Shown: piece by piece, positions 33,889 to 43,268 of the stretch | Position numbering within the stretch: position 1 is the first letter of the stretch | Layout of the letters: each line of letters starts with the position of its first letter | Assembly: GCA_023383795.1 (NCBI GenBank) | Contig: JAHDYJ010000008.1 | Location: forward strand, 3,582 to 67,581 | Source: Burkholderiales bacterium | Lineage (GTDB): Bacteria > Pseudomonadota > Gammaproteobacteria > Burkholderiales > SG8-39 | Length of the DNA: 64,000 nt | Reading direction: 5' to 3' | Translations under genes and position numbers: made by a program | The notes under the pieces: model-generated | Databases searched by the model: none | Told to the model about the DNA's origin: nothing | What the model saw: only the letters and a program-made list of their open reading frames with translations

Positions 33889-36061
33889 CGGGCCGACGCG
33901 CTACATCGGCATGCCGCACAAGCGGCTCGAGGACCGCACGCTCCTCACCGGCGGCGGGCGCTTCGCGGCCGATCTCTCCGCCCCGGGCCAGCTGCACATG
34001 CGGGTGGTGCGCTCGCCGGTCGCGTTCGGGCGCCTGCGGTCGGTGGACGTGCGCGAGGCACGCCGGCTTCCGGGCGTCGTGGCGGTGTGGACGTTCGCCG
34101 ACGTCGAGCGCATCCCGCCGATCCAGATCCGGCTGACGAAGATCGGCGGCCTCGAGCCGTACCAGCAGACCGTGCTCGCGCGCGACTACGTGCGCTACGT
34201 CGGCGACCCGGTGGCCGCGGTGTTCGCCGAGGACCCCTACGTCGCCGAGGACGCCGCCGAGCTCGTCTTCCCCGAGATCGAGGAGCTGCCGGCGTGCATC
34301 TCGGCCACCGAGCCGCCGCGCGAGTTCATGCCCGAGACGCTGCCGGGCGTGTCGAGCGAAGCGGCGTGCGTCACCAAGGCCTACGGCGATCTGGACGCCG
34401 CGTTCGCCGCCGCGCACGAAGTGGTGGAGCTCGAGGTCGCGGTCGGCCGCCACACCGGCGTGCCGCTCGAGACGCGCGGTGCGCTCGCGGAGTTCGACCC
34501 GGCGAAGGGCACGCTGACCATGCGCGGCGCGGCCAAGGTGCCGCACTACAACCGCGGCCAGGTGGCGCGCATGCTCGACATGCCCGATGAGATGGTGCAC
34601 CTGATCCAGGGGCATGTCGGCGGCGGCTTCGGCGTGCGCGGCGAGCTCTATCCCGAGGACGTCCTGGTATGCCACGCGGCGCTCCGGCTGAAGCGCCCGG
34701 TGAAATGGGTCGAGGACCGCCAGGAGCACCTGATGGCGGCCAACCACTCGCGCGACCAGTCGTACCGGCTGCGCGCGGCGGTCGACGCGCGCGGCTTCAT
34801 TCTGGGCCTCCAGGCCGAAGTGTTCTCCGACCAGGGCGGCTACGTCCGCACGCACGGCGTCACGGTGCCCGACCTCTCCGCCGCGATGCTGCCCGGTCCC
34901 TATCTGGTGCCGGCCTACCGGGCGGACGTGCACGTGCGCCTCACCAACAAGACGCCCGCAGGAACCTATCGCGCGCCAGGGCGCTACGAGAGCACGTTCG
35001 CGCGCGAGCGGCTGCTCGATGCGATCGCGCACGCCCTCGGCCGCGATCCGGTGGAGGTGCGGCGGGTCAACCTGATCCCGCGCGATCGCATGCCGTTCGA
35101 CCGCGGCGTCGACACGCTCGGCACTCGCGTCGTGTACGACTCCGGCGACTACGCGCTGCTGCTCGACAAGCTGCTCGCGTACCTGGACTACGACCGCCTG
35201 AAGCAGGCGCTCGCCGCGCGGCGCGCCGCCGGCGAGCACGTCGGGTTCGGCCTCGGCTACTTCGTCGAGAAGAGCGGGCTCGGTCCCGCCGACAAGGCGG
35301 TGATCTCGATCGACGCCGAGGGCATGGTCGAGGTCGTTACCGGCGCCGCCTCGATCGGCCAGGGCATCGAGACCGCGATGGCGCAGATCTGTGCCGAGGT
35401 TCTCGAGGTCCCGATCGAGCGCATCCGCGTCGTGCACGGGCGCACCGACCGCATCGACTACGGCATGGGCGCGTTCGCCTCGCGCGTCACGGTGATGACC
35501 GGCTGCGCGGTCAAGGCCGCCGCCGAGGCGCTGCTGGAGAAGCTCGCCGGGGCGCAGGTCGGCACGCCGGCGAGCGCCGAGGGCTGGTTCCGCGCCGACC
35601 ACATGACCTACCCCTACGGCATCCACGCCGCGGTCGTGCGGGTCGATCCGGGCACATGTGCTGTGCACGTCGAGCGCTTCGTCGTCGCCTACGACATCGG
35701 CCGCGCGGTCAACCCGATGCTGGTGGAGGGCCAGATCGTGGGCGGCGCCGTGCAAGGCATCGGCGGCGCGCTCTTCGAGGAGTTCGTGTACGACGCGAAC
35801 GGCCAGCCGCTGGTGACCACCTTCGGCGACTACCTGATGCCCACGCTCGCCGAAGTGCCGCCGGTCGAGGCGCTCGTGACCGAGGACGCCCCTGCCACGC
35901 AGAACCCGCTCGGCGTCAAGGGCGCGGGCGAAGCGGGCATCAACGGCGCCGGCGCGGCGATCGCCGCGGCCGTCGACGATGCGCTCGGCCGCCCCGGCGC
36001 GGTGACCCGACTGCCGGTCACGCCGATCCGCCTGCACCGGCTGCTCGGCGAGCGCGATTGA
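33881..36061 (+). CDS. Molybdopterin-binding large subunit, xanthine-dehydrogenase family (CoxL form-II-like)
   Basis: 726 aa; GTG start after AAGGAG. HKRLEDRTLLTGGGRFAADL N-terminus, GGGFG, TPAGTYRAPGRYE and GVKGAGEAG motifs. It lacks the form-I CODH AYRCSFR signature. Confidence 0.9.
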
Positions 36062-36086
36062 GCGCGCGCCGCCCCGGCGCGGCAGC

Positions 36087-37394
36087 TCAGAGCAGTACGC
36101 CCGGCAGCCAGAGCGCGAGCGCGGGGAACGCGACCAGCAGGGCAATCAGCAGCAGGTCGACCACGAGGAACGGTGCGATCCCGCCGTAGAGCGTCTGGAT
36201 CGGGATGTCCGGCAGCTGCGTCTTGATGACGAAGATGTTCAGTCCGACCGGCGGCGTGATCAGGCCGATCTCGGCCACGATCACGACGAACACGCCGAAC
36301 CATACCCCGTCGACGCCGAGCGCCTGCAGGATCGGCAGGAACACCGGCACCGTGATCAGCATCATGCTCACCGAGTCGAGGAACAGACCGAACACGATAT
36401 AGACCAGGACCAGGCAGAAGATGACCAGGTTCGCCGACAGGCCGGCGGCCTCGATCCAGCCGCCGAGCGAGGCCGGGATGCGCGAGAACACCATGAAGTA
36501 GCTGAACATGAACCCCCCGAGGATCACGACGAACAGCACCGTCGTGGTCCGGACGGTCTCGCGGAACGCCTCGACCAGGCCGCGCCAGCCGATCTGCCGC
36601 GTCGCGGTCCCGATCACGATCGCGGTGAATGCGCCCACGGCCGCCGCCTCGGTGGGGCTGAACCAGCCGAGATAGATGCCGCCGACCGCGAGAAAGAAGA
36701 GCAGCACGAGCTTCCAGACGCCGCTTAGCGCCCGCAGGCGCGCGGCGAGCGGAACCGCGCGTGCGACCGGCAGGCGCCCGGGCATCATGCGGCCAAGGAC
36801 CATGATCGCGGCGATGTGCAGGATCGTGAGCGCGACGCCGGGCAGGATTCCGGCCGCAAACAGCGCCGGCACGCTCTCCTCGGCGATGATCGCGTAGATC
36901 ACCAGGATCACCGACGGCGGGATCAGGATCCCGAGCGTGCCGGCCGAGGCGACGACGCCGGTCGCGATGCGCGCGTCGTAGCCGAAGCGCAGCATCTCGG
37001 GCACGGCGATCTTCGACATCGTCGCCGCGGTCGCGAGCGACGAGCCGCAGATCGCGCCGAAGCCCGCGCAGGCCGCGACGCTCGCCATTGCGAGCGAGCC
37101 GCGCAGCCCGGAGAAGAAACAGTCGGCCGCCTCGAACAGCTCGCGCGCCATGTTCGAGCGCACCGCGACTACGCCCATCAGGATGAACAGCGGCACGACC
37201 GTCAGCGAGTAGTTGCGCGCGATGTCGAGCGGCAGCGTGCCGACCGCGACGAGCGCGGGACGCCAGCCCTCGAGCGCGGCGTAGCCGAAGAACCCGACGA
37301 ACCCGAGCGCGATGCCGACCGGCCACCGCGCCAGGATCAGCGCGACCAGCGCGACGAAGCCCAGCGCGCCGACGACCTCGTTAGGCAGCGTCAC
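36087..37394 (-). CDS. TRAP transporter large permease (DctM family)
   Basis: 435-aa polytopic membrane protein with typical DctM composition and length. Overlaps the small-permease gene. Confidence 0.9.
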   Translation of the reverse strand: MTLPNEVVGALGFVALVALILARWPVGIALGFVGFFGYAALEGWRPALVAVGTLPLDIARNYSLTVVPLFILMGVVAVRSNMARELFEAADCFFSGLRGSLAMASVAACAGFGAICGSSLATAATMSKIAVPEMLRFGYDARIATGVVASAGTLGILIPPSVILVIYAIIAEESVPALFAAGILPGVALTILHIAAIMVLGRMMPGRLPVARAVPLAARLRALSGVWKLVLLFFLAVGGIYLGWFSPTEAAAVGAFTAIVIGTATRQIGWRGLVEAFRETVRTTTVLFVVILGGFMFSYFMVFSRIPASLGGWIEAAGLSANLVIFCLVLVYIVFGLFLDSVSMMLITVPVFLPILQALGVDGVWFGVFVVIVAEIGLITPPVGLNIFVIKTQLPDIPIQTLYGGIAPFLVVDLLLIALLVAFPALALWLPGVLL

Positions 37395-37899
37395 GCCGAT
37401 CCGGCCCTTCCTCCAGCGCTGCGCCGAACCGCCCGGTGATCAGCAGGTACGCCTCGGCGGCGAGCCCGCCCCCGAACCCGATCCAGATCGGCAGCCAGTA
37501 AAGGAACAGCGGGATGCGCAGGTCCATCGTCTCGTCGTCGAAGCGCAGCGCCTCGAGCCCGCTCACCACGATTTGCCAGTCCATCAGCGCGAGGTAGGCG
37601 ATCGTCCCCAGCCCCGCGGCTACGACCAGGAAGCGCAGGACGCGCCGCGGGACGGCCTCGTCGAACAGGCTGATCGCGATGTTCTCTCCGGCGAGGAACA
37701 CCGCCGGCATGGCGAGGAAGACGAGACAGCTGAACGCGAGCAGGACCAGCTCGACGACGCCGAAGATGCGCCACTGCGCGTCGATCGAGCGCAGGCACAC
37801 GTCGGCGACCGTGAGCGCGATCGCAGCGGCGAGGAACAGCGCGGCGACGCTCTCGAAGAGCGCCGCCGCCCGCTCGCGTCCCGAGGCCCGGCCGGCCAT
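37381..37899 (-). CDS. TRAP transporter small permease (DctQ family)
   Basis: 172 aa with four hydrophobic segments, positioned between the DctP and DctM genes. Confidence 0.8.
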   Translation of the reverse strand: MAGRASGRERAAALFESVAALFLAAAIALTVADVCLRSIDAQWRIFGVVELVLLAFSCLVFLAMPAVFLAGENIAISLFDEAVPRRVLRFLVVAAGLGTIAYLALMDWQIVVSGLEALRFDDETMDLRIPLFLYWLPIWIGFGGGLAAEAYLLITGRFGAALEEGPDRRDAA

Positions 37900-37914
37900 C
37901 GCCGCGGACGCGGA

Positions 37915-38976
37915 TCAGTTCGGACAGAAGCTCGCCGAGGTCGCCTTGTGCTTCGCCGCGAGCGCCTGCATCTCCTTGTACGCGGCCGAGGCCGGCAGCT
38001 TCTTGGCGTCGAGATCCTTCACCCAGTCGGCCGACACCTTCGCGCCGAGCGCGCGGAACTTCTGCATCTCGGCGGCGTCGAGCTTGACGATCTTGGTGCC
38101 GCCCTTGACGAGGGCCTGCTTCGCCTTCTGGTCGAAGTTGTCCCAGGAGCCGGCGACCTCCTTCTCGCGGCCCTGCGCGGCCCCGGTCACGATCTTCTGC
38201 AGGTTCGCCGGAAGCTTTTTCCACGACTCCGGATTCATCGCGACACCGAGCGAGGTCGTGTAGCCGTAGATCTCGGTGATATGCTGGGTCACCGGCCCGA
38301 GCTTGAACGCGAACGTGCCGGCCGGATAGTCCATGAAGGTGCCGTCCAGCGTGCCCTTCTGCATATTCTCGGCGAGCTCGTTCGGCGGCATGCCGACCGA
38401 CTTGGCACCGAGCGCGAGCAGGAACGCGCCGATCGTGCGCGACGGCGGCCGGATTGCCGCGCCGCTGAAGTCGGCGATCGACTCGACCGGCTTCTTCGAC
38501 ATCCAGACCTGTCCCGGCACGTGCGCGACGAGCAGCACGACCTTGACGCCGGTGTGCTCCGGATCGAGGTACTTCGCGCGCAGGCCGGCGTCGTTCACCA
38601 CCTTGGTGGCCTGCTCCGCGCTGCAGAACAGGAACGGCAGGTTGGAGAGCTCGGTCAGCGGAAACCGCCCCGGCGTGCCGCCGTGCAGGAACCACGTGAT
38701 GTCGGCCTGGCCGCGCCGCGCGATGTCGTAGTACTTCGGCGTCGGCCCGAGCTGCGCGCCCGGCACCACAGTGAACTTCAGCGCACCGTTCGACTTCTGC
38801 TCCATTTCCTTCGCCCAGTCGACCGTCCACTTCGAGACCGGATGCGAGGCCGGCAGGAAGTGCGCGAGCGTCAGCTCGAACCCGGCGGCCCGCGCGGATG
38901 CCGGCGCGCCGGCGCCGAGGACGGCGCCGGCCGCCGCCGCGGCGGCAAGGCATGCCATGGATCGGAAAGTAGTCAT
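37915..38976 (-). CDS. TRAP transporter substrate-binding protein (DctP family)
   Basis: 353 aa with a signal peptide, then LTLAHFLPASHPVSKW... typical of DctP-type SBPs. Confidence 0.85.
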   Translation of the reverse strand: MTTFRSMACLAAAAAAGAVLGAGAPASARAAGFELTLAHFLPASHPVSKWTVDWAKEMEQKSNGALKFTVVPGAQLGPTPKYYDIARRGQADITWFLHGGTPGRFPLTELSNLPFLFCSAEQATKVVNDAGLRAKYLDPEHTGVKVVLLVAHVPGQVWMSKKPVESIADFSGAAIRPPSRTIGAFLLALGAKSVGMPPNELAENMQKGTLDGTFMDYPAGTFAFKLGPVTQHITEIYGYTTSLGVAMNPESWKKLPANLQKIVTGAAQGREKEVAGSWDNFDQKAKQALVKGGTKIVKLDAAEMQKFRALGAKVSADWVKDLDAKKLPASAAYKEMQALAAKHKATSASFCPN

Positions 38977-39015
38977 GCTCTCCTCCTCTCGTTGCTAGGA
39001 ACTGCGAGCCGGGTG

Positions 39016-40125
39016 CTACTTCGTCGTATCGATGATCGCGGCGACCACGCCGCCGCCCGCCGGGCCCTGCTGCAGCGCGGCCACCGAGCAGTACACTGCC
39101 GGATCGCCGATCGCCGCGGCGGCCACCGCACCCACCGCGCCCTTGGTGTGGTGCGTATGGTGGATGTCGGAGTCGTTCAGGGACACCAGGCGTCGCCCGC
39201 GCAGGCGACCCGAGGGATGCGTCTCGCACTTGATGAAGCAGTTCACGACCGCGCCGCCGAGGTCGCTCGCGCGCGGGCGCTCGGGGAGCTGCAGCCCGGC
39301 GCTGCGGATCGCCTCGTAGATGGCGTCCACGTCGAGCGAATCCTTCATCACCGAATGGCCGATCCGGAACGCGCCGCCGATGCCGCGCCGGTTGCCGACC
39401 ACGACGATCTGCGCCTCCTCGTGCTCGACCCCCGACGAGCAGGATGCGACCGACGAGTAGAGCGAGAGATCGCGCGCGATCTGCTCCTCGCGCGGCAGCG
39501 GAAACTCGCCGACGCCGACGCCGATGCCGAGCGCTGCGGTCGCGTTGGAGACCGCCATCGACTCCATGGTGTCCTCCATCACGGTCGTCTTGCCGCGCGA
39601 CTTCGCGGCCGCGATGCGCTCAGAGGTCAGCAGCGGCGTCTTGGTCTGCACGAAGTGCACGTCGGCCGGATCGCTGATGCCGGCGTCGGCCATCGCGCGG
39701 CGCACGCCGGCGGCGACCTTCTCCACCATCGCCAGCCGGCCGATGTCCTCGGGCAGGATGCGCTCGGACACGGCGATGCCCACGGTCAGGCGCAGATCGT
39801 CCCTGGAGCCTTTCGGCGCCGCCGCGTCCGGCACTCGCGCGAACACGTTCAGGTGCGGCGAGATCACGCCGTCGCAGCCGCCGGACAGCGCGATCGGCAC
39901 CTGCAGCGCCTCGGCCCGGCTGCGCGAGCCCTTCCCGACCAGGAAGTCGCGCAGCACGCGGTCGACGAGGATCCGGGAGATGTCGTTGACGCCGCCGTTG
40001 CCCTCGGTCTTCGCGACCACGGCCACGATGTCGTCGGCGCCGAACCCGTGCTCGCGCATCGCCGCCTCGAGGCTGTCGGTGTCCTGCACGTGCTCCATCG
40101 GCACCTTGCATACCAGGAATGGCAT
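39016..40125 (-). CDS. Ring-opening amidohydrolase of the cyanuric acid amidohydrolase (AtzD/TrzD) / barbiturase family
   Basis: 369 aa with RBS GAGGAGG. Alignable by eye along its full length to AtzD as recalled: IVAVVAKTEGNGGVND, LSGGCDGVISPH, LRLTVGIA, HFVQTKTPLLT, KCE, LNDSDIHHT, QQGPAGGG. Confidence 0.85.
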   Translation of the reverse strand: MPFLVCKVPMEHVQDTDSLEAAMREHGFGADDIVAVVAKTEGNGGVNDISRILVDRVLRDFLVGKGSRSRAEALQVPIALSGGCDGVISPHLNVFARVPDAAAPKGSRDDLRLTVGIAVSERILPEDIGRLAMVEKVAAGVRRAMADAGISDPADVHFVQTKTPLLTSERIAAAKSRGKTTVMEDTMESMAVSNATAALGIGVGVGEFPLPREEQIARDLSLYSSVASCSSGVEHEEAQIVVVGNRRGIGGAFRIGHSVMKDSLDVDAIYEAIRSAGLQLPERPRASDLGGAVVNCFIKCETHPSGRLRGRRLVSLNDSDIHHTHHTKGAVGAVAAAAIGDPAVYCSVAALQQGPAGGGVVAAIIDTTK

Positions 40126-40172
40126 GTTCGCCTCCTCTCTCTAGAAGCTATCTCAAAATCGTATAGCCCCGA

Positions 40173-40204
40173 ACGAACAAGGGGCGAGCCCCTTGTAGAT
40201 CCCC
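40173..40204. repeat. Perfect 9-bp palindrome ACAAGGGGC-GA-GCCCCTTGT with flanks; related to 4286..4320
   Basis: Read directly. It lies in the 147-nt gap between the amidohydrolase_2 stop (40273) and the atzD-like start (40125). Confidence 0.5.
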
Positions 40205-40272
40205 ACTTTCGCGACCGCATTCGCATTCTTAGATAGGTTCTAGTCTGCGTCGCGGGTATTCGATCGATGCGG

Positions 40273-41307
40273 TCAGCCGGCGGCCCGCGGGTCGCGCAGG
40301 CCCATAAGCTTCAGCGCGTTTCCGCAGTAGATCCCCTCGCGGTCGAGCTGCGGCAGGTCGACCTCGTCCACCGACCGGATCGTCTCGCGCAGGAAGTAGT
40401 CCCCGCGCTCGGGGCCGTACGGAAAGTCGGTGCCGAACACGACGTGGCCGGGACCGAAGAAGTCCAGTCCGCAGCGCAGCGCGGCGGTCGAGCCGCCGAG
40501 CACGGTGTCGCCGTAGAAGCGCTTGAAGTAGTCGATCGGCCGCAGGCCGTGCTCGGCCATGCTCCGCCGGATCGCCTGGAAACGCGGGTTGTCGCCGCGC
40601 GCGCCGATCTCGTCCCAGAGCGGGCCGACGCGCCCGGCGAGGTAGGGAATGGTCGCCCCGCAGTGGTGCGTGATGACGCGCAGTCCGGGCAGCCGGTCGA
40701 ACATGCCGGAGAACACCAGCCGCGCCATGGCCACGCTCGATTCGTGCGGCCAGTTGAGCACGAGCCAGATCTCGTAGTCGGACGCCGCCTCGGCCGGGTA
40801 GTCCGGCACCGTCGGCGCCTTGAACGGGTGCAGCCAGATCGGCAGCGCGTGGTGACGGACGATCCGCTCGAACAGCGGGAAGAACTCCGGGTCGTCGAGC
40901 GGCCGCCCGTTGATGCTGGTGAGGATCTGGACCCCGCGCGCGCCGAGCCGCCCGACCGCGCGGTCGAGCTCGGCGATCGCCGCCGGGACGTTGTTCATCG
41001 GCAGCGAGGCGACGAAGGCCGGGAACCGGTCGGGGCGCGCGTCGCGGATCGCGGCCATGCCGTCGTTCGCTAGGCGGGCGAGCTCGGGCGAGTCGTCCGG
41101 CGCGGCCACCATCTCGGGCGTCGGCTGGCCGAGCGTCACGATCTGCTGCACGTCGGGCCAGCGCTCGAGCGCGGCGAGCCGCTCGGCGACGTTCCAGAGC
41201 GGCCGGATGCCGCTGGCGTAGCGCACGATCGGCTGCTCGCCGATCGCGCTCCGCACCGCCTCGAGATACCGTTCGGGCAGGAAGTGATTGAAGATGTCGA
41301 TCTTCAC
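40273..41307 (-). CDS. Amidohydrolase_2 family protein (ACMSD / LigW / iso-orotate-decarboxylase-type metal-dependent hydrolase or decarboxylase)
   Basis: 344 aa; GTG start after AGGAG. MKIDIFNHFLP N-terminus (metal-binding H) and ...VVFGTDFPY (conserved D) are typical of PF04909-type enzymes. Confidence 0.8.
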   Translation of the reverse strand: MKIDIFNHFLPERYLEAVRSAIGEQPIVRYASGIRPLWNVAERLAALERWPDVQQIVTLGQPTPEMVAAPDDSPELARLANDGMAAIRDARPDRFPAFVASLPMNNVPAAIAELDRAVGRLGARGVQILTSINGRPLDDPEFFPLFERIVRHHALPIWLHPFKAPTVPDYPAEAASDYEIWLVLNWPHESSVAMARLVFSGMFDRLPGLRVITHHCGATIPYLAGRVGPLWDEIGARGDNPRFQAIRRSMAEHGLRPIDYFKRFYGDTVLGGSTAALRCGLDFFGPGHVVFGTDFPYGPERGDYFLRETIRSVDEVDLPQLDREGIYCGNALKLMGLRDPRAAG

Positions 41308-41341
41308 CGCGCGCTCCTAGGTTCGGCCCTGCAAGAGCGGA

Positions 41342-42205
41342 TCAGCCCGGCGCCGCGATGCCGGGCCGCGCACGCCAGCGTCCGTGCTCGACCGCGGCGA
41401 AGAACTCGGCGAGCGCGGCGTTGAACGCCGCCGGCTCCTCGCTGTTGATCGTGTGTCCGGCGCACGGCAGCATCAGCAGTCCCGCGTTCGGGATCGCGCG
41501 CTTGAGCATCAGGCTGCCGTCGATGCACGGATCGTCCTCGTCGCCGATGATCACGAGCGTGGGCAGCTGCAGGACGCGCAACCGCGGCTCGAGCTCGCCG
41601 ATCGCGGGGCGCTTGAGCTGGAGGTTGAGCATCGTGAGCGCGTGGCCCTCGGCCGAGTGCTCGGACATCCAGCGGATGAACTCCTCGTAGCCGCGCGGAT
41701 CCTTCGCCTGGAACTGGGCGCGCATCGGTGCGGCGCCGTACTTCCGCGCCGCCGCGACGATGCCCTCGTTGCGGAACATCTCGCCGGTCTCGCGGGCGAG
41801 CGCCATCATGGCCTCGCGGTTGCCGGGCGCCGAGCCCCAGCCGCAGCCGGCCGCGACCAGCGACCGGCAGCGCTGCGGGTGGTCGAGCCCGACGTGCAGC
41901 GTCGTGTAGGCGCCCATCGAATGCCCGACCACGTGCGCCTTGTCGATGCCCGCTGCGTCCATGACCGCGATCACGTCGTCGCGGGCGAGCGACTGGGAGT
42001 ACGCCGCGTCCGCCAGCGGAACCTCGGAGGGCGGGTAGCCACGCGCGTCGAAAACCACGCAGCGGTAGCGCCGCGCGAAGAAGCGCACCTGCGGCCCCCA
42101 GCTGCGATGGTCGCCGGCGTACTCGTGGACGAACACGACCGGCTCGCCGGCGCCGCATTCCTCCCAGTAGAGCCTGGTTCCGTCGCTCGAGGTCGCGTAG
42201 GGCAT
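41342..42205 (-). CDS. Alpha/beta-fold hydrolase
   Basis: The internal ATG at 42205 of track ORF 41342..43105 gives 287 aa. VVFVHEYAGD (oxyanion region), nucleophile elbow GHSMGA, and a late His in CAGHTIN. Confidence 0.85.
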   Translation of the reverse strand: MPYATSSDGTRLYWEECGAGEPVVFVHEYAGDHRSWGPQVRFFARRYRCVVFDARGYPPSEVPLADAAYSQSLARDDVIAVMDAAGIDKAHVVGHSMGAYTTLHVGLDHPQRCRSLVAAGCGWGSAPGNREAMMALARETGEMFRNEGIVAAARKYGAAPMRAQFQAKDPRGYEEFIRWMSEHSAEGHALTMLNLQLKRPAIGELEPRLRVLQLPTLVIIGDEDDPCIDGSLMLKRAIPNAGLLMLPCAGHTINSEEPAAFNAALAEFFAAVEHGRWRARPGIAAPG

Positions 42206-42210
42206 GGCGG

Positions 42211-43221
42211 TCACTCCGGGATGCCGAACAGCGCGCGCGGGTTGCGCTCGCCGATCTGCGCAACGTCCGCGGCGGAGAAGTTCGCCCGGCGCAGCAGGCC
42301 GAGCGGGTCGGCTTCGTGCGGCGGGAACGATTCGTCGGTGCCGAGCACCATCCGGTCGGTCTGCACCCGCTGCGCGAGGAACTGCAGCGAGAGCGGGTCG
42401 TGCAGGATGGTGTCGTACCAGAAGCGGCGCAGGTACGCGGACGGCGCGTGCTGCGCCACGGCGCCGGTCTGCCGGCGGTCGGCGCGCTCGTGCATGCAGT
42501 CGAACCGGCCGATCAGGTAGGGCACGCTGCCGCCGCCGTGGGACACGATCAGCCGCAGCGCGGGAAAGCGGTCCAGCACGCCCGCGCCGATCAGCGACCC
42601 GATGCACAGCGTCGTGTCGAAGGTGTACTGCGCGACCTGCGCCAGCGCGAACTTCTGCGTGCGCGGAGCGGGCGCGGGCTGCGCGGGGTGCAGGAACACC
42701 GGCACGTCGAGCTCGACCGCGGCGGCCCAGTACTCGTCGAGCGGCAGCTCGCCGAGGTTCGTGCCCTCCACGTTGGTCGCCGCGACTCCGCCGACCGCGC
42801 CGAGCTTGCGCACCGAGCGCTCGAGCTCCCTGGCAGCGAGTCCCGCGTGGGGCAGCGGACCGGACGCGAGCCAGGAGAAGGCGTCCGGCCGCGACGCGAC
42901 GAAGTCGGCGAGCCGGTCGTTCAGCAGGCCGTGCCATGCCGCGCCCTTCTCCGCCGGCAGCGCGTAGCCGAAGATGTCGGTCCAGACGGACAGCACCTGG
43001 CGGGTGAGCCCGATGCCGTGCATCCATTCGATGCGCCGGTCGGCCGGCTCCAGCAGGCGCGGGAAGAACGGCCGCACCTGCAGGCCGTACTCGAAGCGCA
43101 GGCACTTCTGGCAGGTCGGCTCGTGCATCGCGACGTCGATACCGTACTTGCCGCCCGCGCGCTCGAGCGCCTCGACCACCGGCGGCGGCACGTAGTGGGC
43201 ATGGACGTCGATCGCTGCCAT
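42211..43221 (-). CDS. Amidohydrolase_2 family protein (second copy)
   Basis: The internal ATG at 43221 of track ORF 42211..44796 gives 336 aa. MAAIDVHAHYVPP (HxH), FLHP, VSHGGG and LGTDESFP motifs. Confidence 0.8.
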   Translation of the reverse strand: MAAIDVHAHYVPPPVVEALERAGGKYGIDVAMHEPTCQKCLRFEYGLQVRPFFPRLLEPADRRIEWMHGIGLTRQVLSVWTDIFGYALPAEKGAAWHGLLNDRLADFVASRPDAFSWLASGPLPHAGLAARELERSVRKLGAVGGVAATNVEGTNLGELPLDEYWAAAVELDVPVFLHPAQPAPAPRTQKFALAQVAQYTFDTTLCIGSLIGAGVLDRFPALRLIVSHGGGSVPYLIGRFDCMHERADRRQTGAVAQHAPSAYLRRFWYDTILHDPLSLQFLAQRVQTDRMVLGTDESFPPHEADPLGLLRRANFSAADVAQIGERNPRALFGIPE

Positions 43222-43268
43222 CGTCTGACCTGCGTTCCCCCGATCGTCGCGCCGAGCGCGCGCCGGCT

